A stretch of DNA of 64,000 nt. It comes from an uncultured virus (IMG/VR IMGVR_UViG_3300042509_001296). Taxonomy: Duplodnaviria > Heunggongvirae > Uroviricota > Caudoviricetes. Each line of letters starts with the position of its first letter. Position 1 is the stretch's first letter. The translations under genes were made by a program, and so were the position numbers. The notes below the pieces were generated by a model. That model had not been told where the DNA came from, did no database searches, and worked only from the letters and a program-made list of their open reading frames with translations. Of the stretch, positions 43,555 through 53,868 are shown piece by piece. The DNA is taken from the IMG/VR virus record IMGVR_UViG_3300042509_001296; one strand, 5' to 3'.

Positions 43555-46500
43555 TTACTCGGCAAAGAGAAGGCTGCGGACATAGGGCGACCCGTACTCG
43601 TTCCAGTGCCCTCCCATGACGAACAGCCCGGGTAGTTTGGGGTCCTTGTTGGGAACAAAAACCACGGGCGTCCTGTAAGTCACATCGCTCCAGCCGATAA
43701 AGTCACCCGAAAGCATATTGTGGGTAAACCACTTAGTGTCAGCCAAGTCCTTGACCGTGTAATAGGTCACGTTGTCAGAACTGGAAGGGATAACCCACCA
43801 GCCGTTCCCGTAGGCAGGCATTCCCAAGGGGAGCATTCCCGGTGGCCGCTTCAACTGAATAAGTGGCGTCGTTGAGTTGGGGTCCTTGGTGTAGTAGAAG
43901 TCCCCATCCTCCGCGTAGGCGATGTACGCCATTGAGCCGTCAACCATGCCGTAAGCAAAACCCAGAAGGGCCGGGGCGTAGTTTACGGGGTTGCCGTTCG
44001 AGTCGTTTCCGTTCGGCCGGGGAGTTAGGACTGACTTGCCGATTGCAGACTTGGTGGCTTGATCGACGTAGTATTCCGTGAACTGGCCGAAAGACCTGAC
44101 TTCGTAGGAGTAGGCAACCACTCCGTTGATCTCTTGCCAGAACGCAGGACATTTCCCAATGCCAAATGGGTTGGCGACGGCACCGGGGGTGTTCTCGGTC
44201 CATTTGCTAACGAGCGTCTTTTTGTCGGGCGTCGAGGTTTTCCAGAGGGATGATTGGTATTCATTGATCGTCAGCCACAGCATCTCGCTGCCGTCTGCTG
44301 AAAACGTGGGCTCCCGGTGTATTGCCCACCGATCAAACTCTGTCTCGCCCGGGAGCGGCAAGAAGTCGTAGTCAACTTCCCAACTAATCCCATCACGGCT
44401 TTTGTATCGTGCCGAGTAAATGGATACATCAAACAAGGGCTGAAGGTCGGGCCCCAAGGACGTACTGAAGACAGTAGACGAGCAAAACATCATGTAGGTG
44501 TCTACCGATGGGAAGTAGACAACCCTGTCAATGAATGGCAGTTCACCCAGACGGTCGTTTGGGCCGCCTATGTACGGCACCCAGTTCACTCCGTCAGCCG
44601 ACGAATGCGAGAGAGTGAACAGCCTCCCGTTGACAAATGGAATATATCCCCTGTTGTAGAAATCACCGCCCCAGATGTTCGGTGACTTTCTGTCTAAAGG
44701 GGTAGATATGAATGCCACTGCCCCGTTGGTCGGCGGGAGTGCAGCATATTTCCATGACCGCACCCCGCTGATGTCCACCGGCTTCTGGATGATCGTGAGT
44801 TGGGCGATAGTGCTGACGGCCCTGCTGCCCGAGGGTGTGACTGCCGTGTTTCGGTAGTACCGGCCATCTCGCTCGTCTCTCGCCAGAAGAGTCAGCGAGT
44901 CGCCGCCACCACCCGGTCGGTCGTACCACCCCGCCTCGCCCTGAGATGGGTCATCGGAGTATTGCCACTGGTAGATGATGGGGTAGTCGGTCGAGGATGC
45001 CCCTGAGTAGAAGGTCGTGTACTGACCCTCATCAACAGTCGTGTTTACGGGGTTGTACCAGAAGGAGGTCTGCTGGTTGACTTGAGCCTGAGGCAGCACA
45101 AGGTTCAGCACTTGATTGGGTGCAGTGCCTGTGATCGTTGCCGAGGCAGTGATCCCGGCAGTGACGGTCCCAATGGACAGACTGCTGCCCTGAGCCTTGG
45201 GGATAACCAGAGACAGGGTCTGTGACGGGCTAGTGCCAGAGATGGAGGCAAAGGCAACATCGCCAGAAGCGACAGTGCCAATCTTCAAGACGTTGGATGG
45301 GCCAGCAACCCCCTGCGGGCCCACAGGCCCAGTTAATCCAGCATCTCCCTTCGCCCCCTTGGCCAGCACAAAGTTCACCGACTGATTGGGGGCAGTGCCG
45401 GTGATCGTGACTGACGGGATGTCGCCCGAGGTGACGGTGCCGACCGAGAGAGAAGACGAGGTGCCCGCTGGTCCAGTAGCACCAGTGTCGCCTTTAGGTC
45501 CCGCTGGCCCGGTGGCTCCTGTTGGTCCAGTTGCGCCCACACCAGCAGGGCCAGTTGCTCCGGTGTCGCCTTTAGGGCCAGCGGGTCCAGTGGCACCAAC
45601 GGGACCAGCCGCTCCTGCCGTGCCAGCGGGACCAGTGAGACCAATGTCTCCCTTAGGCCCAGTGTCGCCCTTGGGTCCACGAATGGGTCCCGCATTTATC
45701 CAAAGAGTTCCCGTCCAGACAAACCCATCGCCCGGAAGTGAGCCAGCGGGAAACCCAGACGGGAGCGGATCATCGGCAATCCACAGGTCGCCCACAGCGG
45801 GCGTTGTGGCTGGCGGCCACTTGGTAGCCTCACCCATGATCTTGGCGGCAGCACCCGTATCACCCTTTTGGCCAGCAGGCCCAGACGGACCCGTGTCGCC
45901 CTTGATGCCTTGGATGCCTTGGCTACCGGCTGGCCCGGTTAGTCCAGTTGGGCCCTGCGAACCTTGCGGGCCCTGAGTACCAGCGTCCCCCTTAAGGCCT
46001 TTTTCTCCCGGGATTCCTTGAGCCCCAGCAGGACCTTGGGTCCCCTGCGGACCTTGAGCCCCGGTATCGCCCTTGTTCCCTTGGACTCCTTGGGGGCCAG
46101 TTTCCCCCTTAGGAATCGAGAGATTCAGCACAAAGTTGGGTGCAGTTCCCGTGATCGTGGCCGCCGCCGTGGCTCCTGCCTGAACAGCCCCTATAGATAG
46201 AGAGCATGGATCGCCCTTATCCCCCCTCGGCAGGGTTAGGTTCAGGGACTGAGTTGGGGCAGTTCCCGATAGGCTGGCAAACGCCGTTGGCCCAGTGATG
46301 ACCGAGCCGATGGTCAGCGTGTTCGAGGCCCCGGCAGGACCGGCTGGACCAGCATCCCCCTTAGGACCAGCGGGGCCCGAGGGGCCAGAAGGGCCGGATG
46401 GGCCGGATGGGCCATTTGCACCCGGTGGGCCGACTTCCGCCTTATAGGGCAGTGCCTTCCAAGCCAAAGCCCCGTCACCGATCTTCCACTTCCCGGTATC

Positions 46501-46596
46501 TACTTCGACCCCCGGCTCCCCGGCAGACAAAACAGGATTGACCTTCTGCCATTCAGCAGCGGTATCTCGTCGAAGTTGGATTCTCTGTGCTGCCAT
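43555..46596 (-). CDS. Collagen-like tail fibre with Mtd-type N-terminus and Ig-like domain
   Basis: Same N-terminus; long Gly-X-Y tracts; repeated SIGTVT...SGTAP..LNL units. Confidence 0.9.
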   Translation of the reverse strand: MAAQRIQLRRDTAAEWQKVNPVLSAGEPGVEVDTGKWKIGDGALAWKALPYKAEVGPPGANGPSGPSGPSGPSGPAGPKGDAGPAGPAGASNTLTIGSVITGPTAFASLSGTAPTQSLNLTLPRGDKGDPCSLSIGAVQAGATAAATITGTAPNFVLNLSIPKGETGPQGVQGNKGDTGAQGPQGTQGPAGAQGIPGEKGLKGDAGTQGPQGSQGPTGLTGPAGSQGIQGIKGDTGPSGPAGQKGDTGAAAKIMGEATKWPPATTPAVGDLWIADDPLPSGFPAGSLPGDGFVWTGTLWINAGPIRGPKGDTGPKGDIGLTGPAGTAGAAGPVGATGPAGPKGDTGATGPAGVGATGPTGATGPAGPKGDTGATGPAGTSSSLSVGTVTSGDIPSVTITGTAPNQSVNFVLAKGAKGDAGLTGPVGPQGVAGPSNVLKIGTVASGDVAFASISGTSPSQTLSLVIPKAQGSSLSIGTVTAGITASATITGTAPNQVLNLVLPQAQVNQQTSFWYNPVNTTVDEGQYTTFYSGASSTDYPIIYQWQYSDDPSQGEAGWYDRPGGGGDSLTLLARDERDGRYYRNTAVTPSGSRAVSTIAQLTIIQKPVDISGVRSWKYAALPPTNGAVAFISTPLDRKSPNIWGGDFYNRGYIPFVNGRLFTLSHSSADGVNWVPYIGGPNDRLGELPFIDRVVYFPSVDTYMMFCSSTVFSTSLGPDLQPLFDVSIYSARYKSRDGISWEVDYDFLPLPGETEFDRWAIHREPTFSADGSEMLWLTINEYQSSLWKTSTPDKKTLVSKWTENTPGAVANPFGIGKCPAFWQEINGVVAYSYEVRSFGQFTEYYVDQATKSAIGKSVLTPRPNGNDSNGNPVNYAPALLGFAYGMVDGSMAYIAYAEDGDFYYTKDPNSTTPLIQLKRPPGMLPLGMPAYGNGWWVIPSSSDNVTYYTVKDLADTKWFTHNMLSGDFIGWSDVTYRTPVVFVPNKDPKLPGLFVMGGHWNEYGSPYVRSLLFAE

Positions 46597-46730
46597 AAGT
46601 CACATCGGGCCATCTATGAACTCGATCAACAGGAGGGCGTCCTCCTCGGCGTCCCACTCATCCTCTACGGATACAAACGAGCGGGGCATTGGAGCAATCC
46701 ATAAGGGAAGTCCTAGAAACTGGTCTGGTG

Positions 46731-46931
46731 TTACTTGTGCTTTACGCCAGCGATCTTGTCCTTCGCAAACTGGATCACCTCTGGCGTCCAGTGTTGGGCA
46801 GCCATGTCCTTGACCGCCTGCGGTGCGTCATCGGGCAGCGGGCGAGCGGGCGAGTAGGTGCAGGCCCACAGGGTTCCGTTGCGGTTCTCGATGTAACTGA
46901 TGACGCCGTGCTTTCCGATCGTCGTTCGCAT
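46731..46931 (-). CDS. Small fibre-associated protein
   Basis: 66 aa, coupled; VKDMAAQHWTPEVI. Confidence 0.55.
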   Translation of the reverse strand: MRTTIGKHGVISYIENRNGTLWACTYSPARPLPDDAPQAVKDMAAQHWTPEVIQFAKDKIAGVKHK

Positions 46932-47485
46932 CAGAGGCTCCCCCGCAGCGGCGGATCGTCGGTCAAATATGTAAAGGAGACAGAGAAGCCGCTTCCGGGT
47001 TCTTCACCGTCCGTAATCACCATCACGGGGTCTTCTGTGACAGCGTATGCGAGACTCCCGATGATCTTGCCTTCGGACGAGATCACCACTCCGGCGTAAG
47101 GATTCCGCGAGGGTTGAACACTGGTCATGGTTTCCTTTATTGAAAACGGAAGCCCAAGCAGGGTGCTGTCGGGTCGCACGTCTGCGGCTTCAGCGGCTGA
47201 AACGCCGATGAACAGGGTGACGAGTTGACCACTGCGAACCCAGTATCCTGCGCACGACGTGTCGATGGTCGCGTCATTACCGGGCGCAAGAAACTGCGGC
47301 TGCCACTCGCCGCTGAACTGCGTTTCGCCCTCGACTTTCAAGAAGCCATCGCTGCCCAACGTGAGAGCGTTCCCCGCGTCAGCACTGACCGTAGACGGGC
47401 CGGGCGGCCCCTTGAGGGACTGCCACCCGGCTCCGTCGTAAATCTTCGCGTCTTTCAATGGATTACTCCTCAATCCAAAAGTCAC
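46931..47485 (-). CDS. Short fibre/receptor-binding domain protein (start possibly 47459)
   Basis: IYDGAGW; SADAGNALTLGSDG; GYWVRSGQLVT...GLPF. Confidence 0.65.
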   Translation of the reverse strand: MTFGLRSNPLKDAKIYDGAGWQSLKGPPGPSTVSADAGNALTLGSDGFLKVEGETQFSGEWQPQFLAPGNDATIDTSCAGYWVRSGQLVTLFIGVSAAEAADVRPDSTLLGLPFSIKETMTSVQPSRNPYAGVVISSEGKIIGSLAYAVTEDPVMVITDGEEPGSGFSVSFTYLTDDPPLRGSL

Positions 47486-48305
47486 CGATTGCTGCCGTAG
47501 CGGGCTGGGTCGGGCCCTTGGTCACGTTCACAGACCGACCATCGGCACCGGCCGGTCCATCCGCACCCGGGTCACCCTTATCGCCCTTCTCGCCCGGTGC
47601 GGCAGCGGCACCGTCTTCGCCCTTTTCACCCTTAGCCGCCAGCAGTTTCAGGTCATCAACCGGGCTGGTGATGATGCCGCGACTCGATTGGTTCACGACG
47701 ATAAAGGTCTGGCCAAACAGAGTCACAACGTCGTTGTTTTCGTATGACTCGTTCAGGTCGAACTCACCCCGGAAGGTAAGGCCAACCCCGTCCGCACCCG
47801 CCACACCGTCAGTGCCCTTCGTAGCAAGGGTTGCCCACGCCGTCGTGTCGGTGATGTCCTCGTCGCCGTCCCCAGCGATCATGATGTAGGTGGTGCCCTG
47901 ATAGGTCACTACATCGTTGACGTCATAGGCACTTCCATCCCACTCACCCTTGAAGGTAAAGCCAACGCCATCAGCACCCGGCGGGCCGTCTTGGCCCGGA
48001 GCACCATCAGCACCATTGGCACCGTCCTTGCCAGCAGGGCCACGAATGCCACCGACGTTGTTCCACTCCGTGCCCGTCCAGACGAGTCCGTCGCCGGGGT
48101 TGGTGCCAGCCGGGAAGCCAGCAGGAACCGGGTCGGCCACGATCCACATATCACCAACGTCAGGGGTGGCGGCCGGTGGGTAGACAGTGGCAGTGCCCTT
48201 GATGTCTACGCCCGAGCCATCCTTGCCGTCCACGCCGTCTTTGCCAGCGGGACCAACGATGGAGACCCATGCACTGCCGTCGAAAATGGATACGTCTTTG
48301 GCCAT
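47463..48305 (-). CDS. Collagen-like fibre protein
   Basis: Gly-X-Y; two FKGEW...Y..NDVVT repeats; GDMW/GDFW. Confidence 0.8.
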   Translation of the reverse strand: MAKDVSIFDGSAWVSIVGPAGKDGVDGKDGSGVDIKGTATVYPPAATPDVGDMWIVADPVPAGFPAGTNPGDGLVWTGTEWNNVGGIRGPAGKDGANGADGAPGQDGPPGADGVGFTFKGEWDGSAYDVNDVVTYQGTTYIMIAGDGDEDITDTTAWATLATKGTDGVAGADGVGLTFRGEFDLNESYENNDVVTLFGQTFIVVNQSSRGIITSPVDDLKLLAAKGEKGEDGAAAAPGEKGDKGDPGADGPAGADGRSVNVTKGPTQPATAAIGDFWIEE

Positions 48306-48316
48306 TGCTCTTTCCC

Positions 48317-48511
48317 TTAGTTGTTGTTAATCCACACGGTTCCCGGCTTCGCACTTGCTGGCTGGGTGTTCTGCACTAGCACTTCCACTGACTCACCGTC
48401 ATCGCCCTTGTCACCTTTGTCGCCCTTGGGTCCGGGTGTGCCGCCTCCACCAACTCCAGTGATGGGGAGCCACTTACCCGCGACGGTGTCGAAGTAATAG
48501 AGTTGAGCCAT
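48317..48511 (-). CDS. Mini collagen-like protein
   Basis: 64 aa, GPKGDKGDKGD; P...PGTVW. Confidence 0.7.
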   Translation of the reverse strand: MAQLYYFDTVAGKWLPITGVGGGGTPGPKGDKGDKGDDGESVEVLVQNTQPASAKPGTVWINNN

Positions 48512-48512
48512 G

Positions 48513-50195
48513 TCAGTAGGCCGCCTTCCAGCGGATGCCCGAGAAGTTTGCCTCGTTCGACCTCGCCCCGGGGCTACATGAGATGTCGCGGTTCTTGCTG
48601 CTCACTGAGCAGAATCCGTAGGTCACGGCAGAGCCGACGAGCCTCATCGCCAGCGGGTAACTCGCGTCCACTTCGGCAACAGGGAACTGCGGAGGAAGCC
48701 GCAGGGGAACCCACGCACCGCTGCCAGCACCGAATGACAGAGTCCCCTTGAGTTCGATGAACCCGCCGATCATCCTCGCCTGAATCTCGGTAGAAACAGA
48801 CTCCTTCGCCCCATCCATGCGCACCATCCATGTCCAATCAATGTCGGCGGGAGGAGGCTTCGTGCCACCGACGAGCATCAACTTCACCTCGTCAAGGACG
48901 GACTTCTTGAACTCAACAAGGGCAGGGTCGTTGATCGTTGGCGAGCCAAGCGGACTGATCGCGGTCAGTTTGTCATCGACCTGCTTGCGCGAGTACAGCA
49001 TCAAGGCCATCTGGTTGTCGAAGTCGGCCTTGCTGAAGGCGTCGGTGATCCGCATGAAGCGGTCATCGGTCTGCTTCTGCGTGTATACGTCAGCCTTAAG
49101 GGGGTAACGGAAGTCCGCTTCAGTCCGCGTGTAGATCGAGTCAAAGATCGTCTGGACTTGATTGCGGAGAAGATCGAGGGCTTCAACCCTGCCGTACCGG
49201 GTGTCGGCGGTTGCGAGCGTGACGTATGGGGCGAGGTCAATGGCCGGAGCCGCCTTGCTCTCAAGGGCCTCCATCCTTGGCAGCAGGGCGTTCAGGGAGT
49301 CAAGGTCGGACTTGTAGACAAGGAACTCGTTCTCAAGCCCAATGTTCAAAACAAGACGATTCCCATAACCCTCGCCCGTGTCGGAGTAGCCGAGAGCGAC
49401 AGGTGGCAGTAACGTGTCGCCAAAACCGTAAGCCTGCGACACGACGGTCTTGGCAAGGAACGGCTGCTGGTTGTCCTGCTTGCGGGCGTAACGGTCATCG
49501 GACTCGACGCGGGTGTAGATCGAGTCGAACACCGCCTGCAACTGCGTGGTGATGAGCGTCGTGGTCGAGAGCGGGGCGAACTTGCCGTCTACTTCCAACT
49601 TTGTATAGGTGTCAGCCTTGTCAGACTTGAGGTCGATCCTCTCCTGCAACTGCCGTGCAGTCTCGGTGACGGCGAACAGGACTTGGTTCTGCACGGCATC
49701 GAGGTCGAGGGCACCTTCGTCCCGACACACCTTGATAGCGGCATCAGTCTCAGGCTTGGTGTAGTAGCCCGACAGGTCAACCGTTCCACCTCCGGCTGGG
49801 GAGAAGATGTCCACCATCTGCGGGTTGCTGAACGGCTTATCCAGTTCGTCACTGGTCAACTTCATCCACTTGCCGTCAGGGTCACAGGAGACGAGGGTGG
49901 ACGGATTCTGAGGGGTCGGCTGGTTGGTGCTGCTCTTGACGATCTTGGCGATAGAGCGGTTCGGCCCCTGCACCACGACCGTGGTTTGGAACTCCTGCCT
50001 CACGATGGAGACAAGGGTGGCGGCATCCTTGTAGAAGTGCAGTCCATCAGCAACGTCCTTCCAGCACTCCTCAAGGGCAGCGGGGGTAGGGACAGTCGGT
50101 GTCGGGATCGGGCCGTCTTGAACAGTGACGGGAGAGCCGCCAGAGCCACCAACCTCAACCCATTGGCCGTTGCTATAGATGTTGAGAGTCTTCAT
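48513..50195 (-). CDS. Fibre protein with YT(K/R).E.D repeats
   Basis: About seven YTKxExD-like repeats; C-terminal beta head. Confidence 0.75.
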   Translation of the reverse strand: MKTLNIYSNGQWVEVGGSGGSPVTVQDGPIPTPTVPTPAALEECWKDVADGLHFYKDAATLVSIVRQEFQTTVVVQGPNRSIAKIVKSSTNQPTPQNPSTLVSCDPDGKWMKLTSDELDKPFSNPQMVDIFSPAGGGTVDLSGYYTKPETDAAIKVCRDEGALDLDAVQNQVLFAVTETARQLQERIDLKSDKADTYTKLEVDGKFAPLSTTTLITTQLQAVFDSIYTRVESDDRYARKQDNQQPFLAKTVVSQAYGFGDTLLPPVALGYSDTGEGYGNRLVLNIGLENEFLVYKSDLDSLNALLPRMEALESKAAPAIDLAPYVTLATADTRYGRVEALDLLRNQVQTIFDSIYTRTEADFRYPLKADVYTQKQTDDRFMRITDAFSKADFDNQMALMLYSRKQVDDKLTAISPLGSPTINDPALVEFKKSVLDEVKLMLVGGTKPPPADIDWTWMVRMDGAKESVSTEIQARMIGGFIELKGTLSFGAGSGAWVPLRLPPQFPVAEVDASYPLAMRLVGSAVTYGFCSVSSKNRDISCSPGARSNEANFSGIRWKAAY

Positions 50196-50197
50196 GT

Positions 50198-50836
50198 TCA
50201 GTAGGCGTAGGCCATGGCTCCCGTGAATGTGACTCCGGTGATCTTGCCGTCTCCAACGACCCCGATGGCCCCGTCCGCGTTGAATCGGATGAACACTCGG
50301 CGGTAGGTCACGCCCTGCTCAATGCCGAAACCGACCACAACCTGATCCTGCGGCGGCTTCGGGAAGTTGGCCGGGAGACGCTGGACCGTCGAGAAGGTGC
50401 CGAGGCTGGTAGTGGTGTAGGTGAGTTCTCCACGCAGTTGGATCATGCCGTTAAGGACTCGGGCCTCGATCAGGCCTGATCCAGCGACCTTCACGCATGG
50501 TGTCCAAGGAAGGTCTTCGGGGACAGCCTTGCCACCCGCCATCAGCGAGCGAACAAGTTGGGCCACATGGGCGTCGAGTTCTTTGGTGTCGGCATCGGCA
50601 ATCAATGCCGAAATCGCTGCCGCCTTTGCCGCAGGGGTGGAGAGCCACAGGTCGCCGTCTTTCCCTGAGTCAGGCTTGGCCTCCTGCTCGTAGACCGTCC
50701 CGCCTGAAGACAAGTTGGCAATGGCCCCATCTACTTCCGACTTGGTGTAGTAGTTGGCCTCAAGGTAGGCAATGTCGGCGTTGGCATCGAGGTCCGTCGA
50801 GCCGTACTGCTCGTTGCGTGTTTCGGTGTCGCTCAT
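50198..50836 (-). CDS. Short fibre protein
   Basis: YYTKSEVD; RVLNGMIQLRG head similar to 48513 gene. Confidence 0.7.
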   Translation of the reverse strand: MSDTETRNEQYGSTDLDANADIAYLEANYYTKSEVDGAIANLSSGGTVYEQEAKPDSGKDGDLWLSTPAAKAAAISALIADADTKELDAHVAQLVRSLMAGGKAVPEDLPWTPCVKVAGSGLIEARVLNGMIQLRGELTYTTTSLGTFSTVQRLPANFPKPPQDQVVVGFGIEQGVTYRRVFIRFNADGAIGVVGDGKITGVTFTGAMAYAY

Positions 50837-51867
50837 TCAGTCACCTCTTCTTCGCTGCCATCTCGGACGGTGGTCGTGGTGAACGTCGGGAAGGCCATGC
50901 CATCAAGATGGATAACAAGCGGAGCCCTAAGCAGCGGGATGGCAACAAGCGGGTTTTGGGCACTGCCGCCATCAACTCGCATATGGCATATGCCGGGTCC
51001 GGTTGAAGAGGTAGTGGTCGCCGTGCCGTAGACCGTGACGTTCCCAAAAAGGTCTGGGAAGCCGTTGCTGACCGGGAATGACCCCACTTCTGCGGCTGTG
51101 TCGATGGCGAACACAGTCGAATCCTTCTTTTGAATGCTGCCCCGCAACTCAATGGTCTGGCCGTCATAGAGGATTCTGTATTGGGGAGTCTTCCCGGCCG
51201 ACGTAAGGGCGGTGGGGAGGTTGAGGGGCTGCCACTGAGGTTTCAGGTCAGTGTCATAAACAATCGTGTTGTTTGTGCTTAACCCGCCTACGGAGGTGTT
51301 CACAACAAGGCGGCCATTGACAGCCTGAGTGAGTTTGAGAGTGCGTGTTACCTGTACCTGTACCACCCCGTTGAGCCCCGTTGTCGAAGACCCCGAGAAC
51401 AGAGTGAAGGCGTTGGCACTGATGTCCTGAAAGTCAAACAGGTCGGCCTTTGCGTTGAGCAGGCTGTCAATCTCTGTCTTGGAGTAGAGATCACCCGTCA
51501 GCAGGACTTGCCTTGAAGCACTCCCGGTAACGTCATAAACAAGCCGATTGCCCGTTGCGCTCATCGACAAGAAGGCGTCGATGGTGGGACTGACCTTCCA
51601 CTTCACCCGCCTTAGGGTTATGTCTTGGGTTGTGCTTGTGAGGTCTGCCTTGAGTGCCAGTTCAGTGGTAGCGTCAACGTCCTTAACAAGGGCATCAACC
51701 TGCGTCTTGGTGTAGTAGTTGGTCAGGTCTACGCTTCCGCCACCGACCGTGATGCTTGAGATCAAGGCATCGACTTCGAGGTCCGTGTACACGCCCACAA
51801 TCCCCTTTGGTGCGGAGATTGACGAGGTGAAGGTGTTTACGGGTGTCGGCCTAACGGGAGCGGGCAT
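50833..51867 (-). CDS. Fibre protein
   Basis: VDLTNYYTKTQVD; YR....IELRG head. Confidence 0.7.
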   Translation of the reverse strand: MPAPVRPTPVNTFTSSISAPKGIVGVYTDLEVDALISSITVGGGSVDLTNYYTKTQVDALVKDVDATTELALKADLTSTTQDITLRRVKWKVSPTIDAFLSMSATGNRLVYDVTGSASRQVLLTGDLYSKTEIDSLLNAKADLFDFQDISANAFTLFSGSSTTGLNGVVQVQVTRTLKLTQAVNGRLVVNTSVGGLSTNNTIVYDTDLKPQWQPLNLPTALTSAGKTPQYRILYDGQTIELRGSIQKKDSTVFAIDTAAEVGSFPVSNGFPDLFGNVTVYGTATTTSSTGPGICHMRVDGGSAQNPLVAIPLLRAPLVIHLDGMAFPTFTTTTVRDGSEEEVTE

Positions 51868-51870
51868 GGG

Positions 51871-53301
51871 TCATACCTCAATAAGTGGCAGCAGATATTT
51901 GGTTCCGTTCACCACAACGGGGACTCCCCCGACCATGTAGGGTTGGGTGATGAACATTCCAGTTGGGTCTTCGCCAATGAAAGTCCCGTCCAACTGCTGC
52001 GTTGTTATGGAGTCTTCAAAGACAAACAGGGGCGAAGCAGTGGCGGATGGAGGTGCGGGGATTAACGGCAGGAGGTACTTCTTGCCGTTGACGAGTACGG
52101 GCACACCACCAACCATCAAGGGCTGGTGAATCTCCAAGCCGTCTGCGGACAGACCAATGGGAAGTCCGTTCGGCTGCTGGGTAATCGCGGTGCTTAAGTA
52201 AGCCGGAGGGTTGGTGTTGCTGAACGGTAGGTTCGGGTCTGGCGGGGCAGTCCCAGTGGGGTCAATCCAGATCGCACCACCACCGGCGGGAGCGGGCGGC
52301 TCGGTGTCAGACACCAATACGGGTTCAGCGAAGTACCAGCCCGTCGCAGGGTCTTGGTCTGCCCGGAGATAGCCTTCTTCTGTGGGCGTCGGGAGAACGT
52401 AGCCTTCGCCAGCAGCACGACCGGGCTGATTGCCGTACTGGAGGTTGCCAAAGTACCCGTAGTCGGCCAGCACCCAGCCGTCGCCGCCAATGGGGTCGGA
52501 TGCACCGCCACCGCCGGAGAGGTCTTGCAGGCGAACGCGAGTGAACGTGACAGGCGTGTCTTTGAATGCCGCCTTAAGCGACATCTCCTCCGACCACTGC
52601 TGGAGCGGGAGGTTGGACGAGGCAGTGACGCCAGTGACCGGGCCAGTGGCACTGGTGTCTACCGTGACATCGCCAGCGGTTCCGCCAGAGGCAGCCACCA
52701 CCCACTGAATGCCATCCCAAATGCTTAAGACGGTTCCATCAGGGGTAGGCTTGAGCCACATATCCCCGACGTTCTTTGCCGTAGGGGTCGTGGTTCCGCT
52801 GAACACAGACACCGCAGTGCCGTCAGCACCGGCTGGGCCTTCTGGTCCTTGGATAGGTCCAGTGGCTACCCACTTAGTGCCGGTCCACGAAAAGCCATCG
52901 CCGGGGGATGAGCCAGCGGGAGCAGTGGCCGGAATGGGGTCATCAAGAACCCAGAGGTCACCGATCTCCGGGGTTCCCGGGGGCGGCCAGACATCGGCAA
53001 CACCCTTGATCTGAATGCCTTTACCGGGGGCACCAGCAGGGCCAGCAGGGCCCGGAGTGCCAGCGGGGCCACGGGCCATGAGGTAGGGCAGTTCCGACCA
53101 GCGAGTGCTGCCGGTGCCGATCTTTACCTTGCCGGTGGGATAGCCAATCTCATAGCCAAACTCGCCCGCCTCTAGGACGGGGTCGTTCTTGAGCCATCCA
53201 TCAGGGGTGTCCCTACGGACAATGACCCTCTGGCCCAACTGCTCGTATGAGTCGGCCTTGTTTTTTAGGCCTTCTCGGTGACTAGGTGGAACAAGCGACA
53301 T
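51871..53301 (-). CDS. Fibre protein with Mtd-type N-terminus and duplicated C-terminal module
   Basis: RRDT..W...DPVLEAGE...KIGTG...W.ELPY; collagen; two MVGGVPV.VNG.KYLLPLI. Confidence 0.8.
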   Translation of the reverse strand: MSLVPPSHREGLKNKADSYEQLGQRVIVRRDTPDGWLKNDPVLEAGEFGYEIGYPTGKVKIGTGSTRWSELPYLMARGPAGTPGPAGPAGAPGKGIQIKGVADVWPPPGTPEIGDLWVLDDPIPATAPAGSSPGDGFSWTGTKWVATGPIQGPEGPAGADGTAVSVFSGTTTPTAKNVGDMWLKPTPDGTVLSIWDGIQWVVAASGGTAGDVTVDTSATGPVTGVTASSNLPLQQWSEEMSLKAAFKDTPVTFTRVRLQDLSGGGGASDPIGGDGWVLADYGYFGNLQYGNQPGRAAGEGYVLPTPTEEGYLRADQDPATGWYFAEPVLVSDTEPPAPAGGGAIWIDPTGTAPPDPNLPFSNTNPPAYLSTAITQQPNGLPIGLSADGLEIHQPLMVGGVPVLVNGKKYLLPLIPAPPSATASPLFVFEDSITTQQLDGTFIGEDPTGMFITQPYMVGGVPVVVNGTKYLLPLIEV

Positions 53302-53319
53302 AAGGGCCCTTTGCCCTCT

Positions 53320-53868
53320 TTATGTCTTGGGTCGCTTCCACTGAGGCACATGCTTTTCCTTCACCTTGGAAATGGCGTCCTTCATGGACAGTGAAGGGTT
53401 TTTGGCGATTTCCTTCTTGGCCAACTCCTTGGCAATCTTGGGATTCAGGTCAACCGTAACGGGCGGGGTGTCGTGGGCATCTACGTTGATGATCCCCCTG
53501 ACCTGAAGGTTCCGCTTTTTGGCTACCCGGCGAACATCCGACAAATCTGACACCCATGCTTCTGGGTCACAGTGGCCCCGCTTGTCCGACAGTCCGCTCA
53601 TGTACTGCTTGCCGGTGATGTCTATCCCTGCCGCCTTAGCCTCACGGACTACCCGTTTGGCCATATGGATTGGCATATCGTCTATCCAGTTGCCATCCAG
53701 CCTGCCCTGCTGGAATGCCCGGTCAGTGCCTGAAGTTCCGGGCGGCTGCTGAAGGGCACACATCTCCGCGAATCTAGGGTTCTGCCCGTCAGCCACCATC
53801 TTCAGGTAGTGGTGTTGGACATGGGGGGCGGCGTTCGCAATGTCGAAAGGCATGGCTTCGGTAATCAT
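53320..53868 (-). CDS. Hypothetical late protein
   Basis: 182 aa, AGGAGG RBS. Confidence 0.7.
   Translation of the reverse strand: MITEAMPFDIANAAPHVQHHYLKMVADGQNPRFAEMCALQQPPGTSGTDRAFQQGRLDGNWIDDMPIHMAKRVVREAKAAGIDITGKQYMSGLSDKRGHCDPEAWVSDLSDVRRVAKKRNLQVRGIINVDAHDTPPVTVDLNPKIAKELAKKEIAKNPSLSMKDAISKVKEKHVPQWKRPKT

Noticed and set aside
46600..46830. Alternative-frame minus-strand ORF ending ...LLLIEFIDGPM
   Set aside because: Only a late ATG giving about 29 aa, no RBS; insufficient support.
41680..53301. Diversity-generating retroelement, suggested by Mtd-like N-termini
   Set aside because: No reverse transcriptase ORF and no adenine-mismatched TR/VR pair seen; only the N-terminal anchor module is shared.
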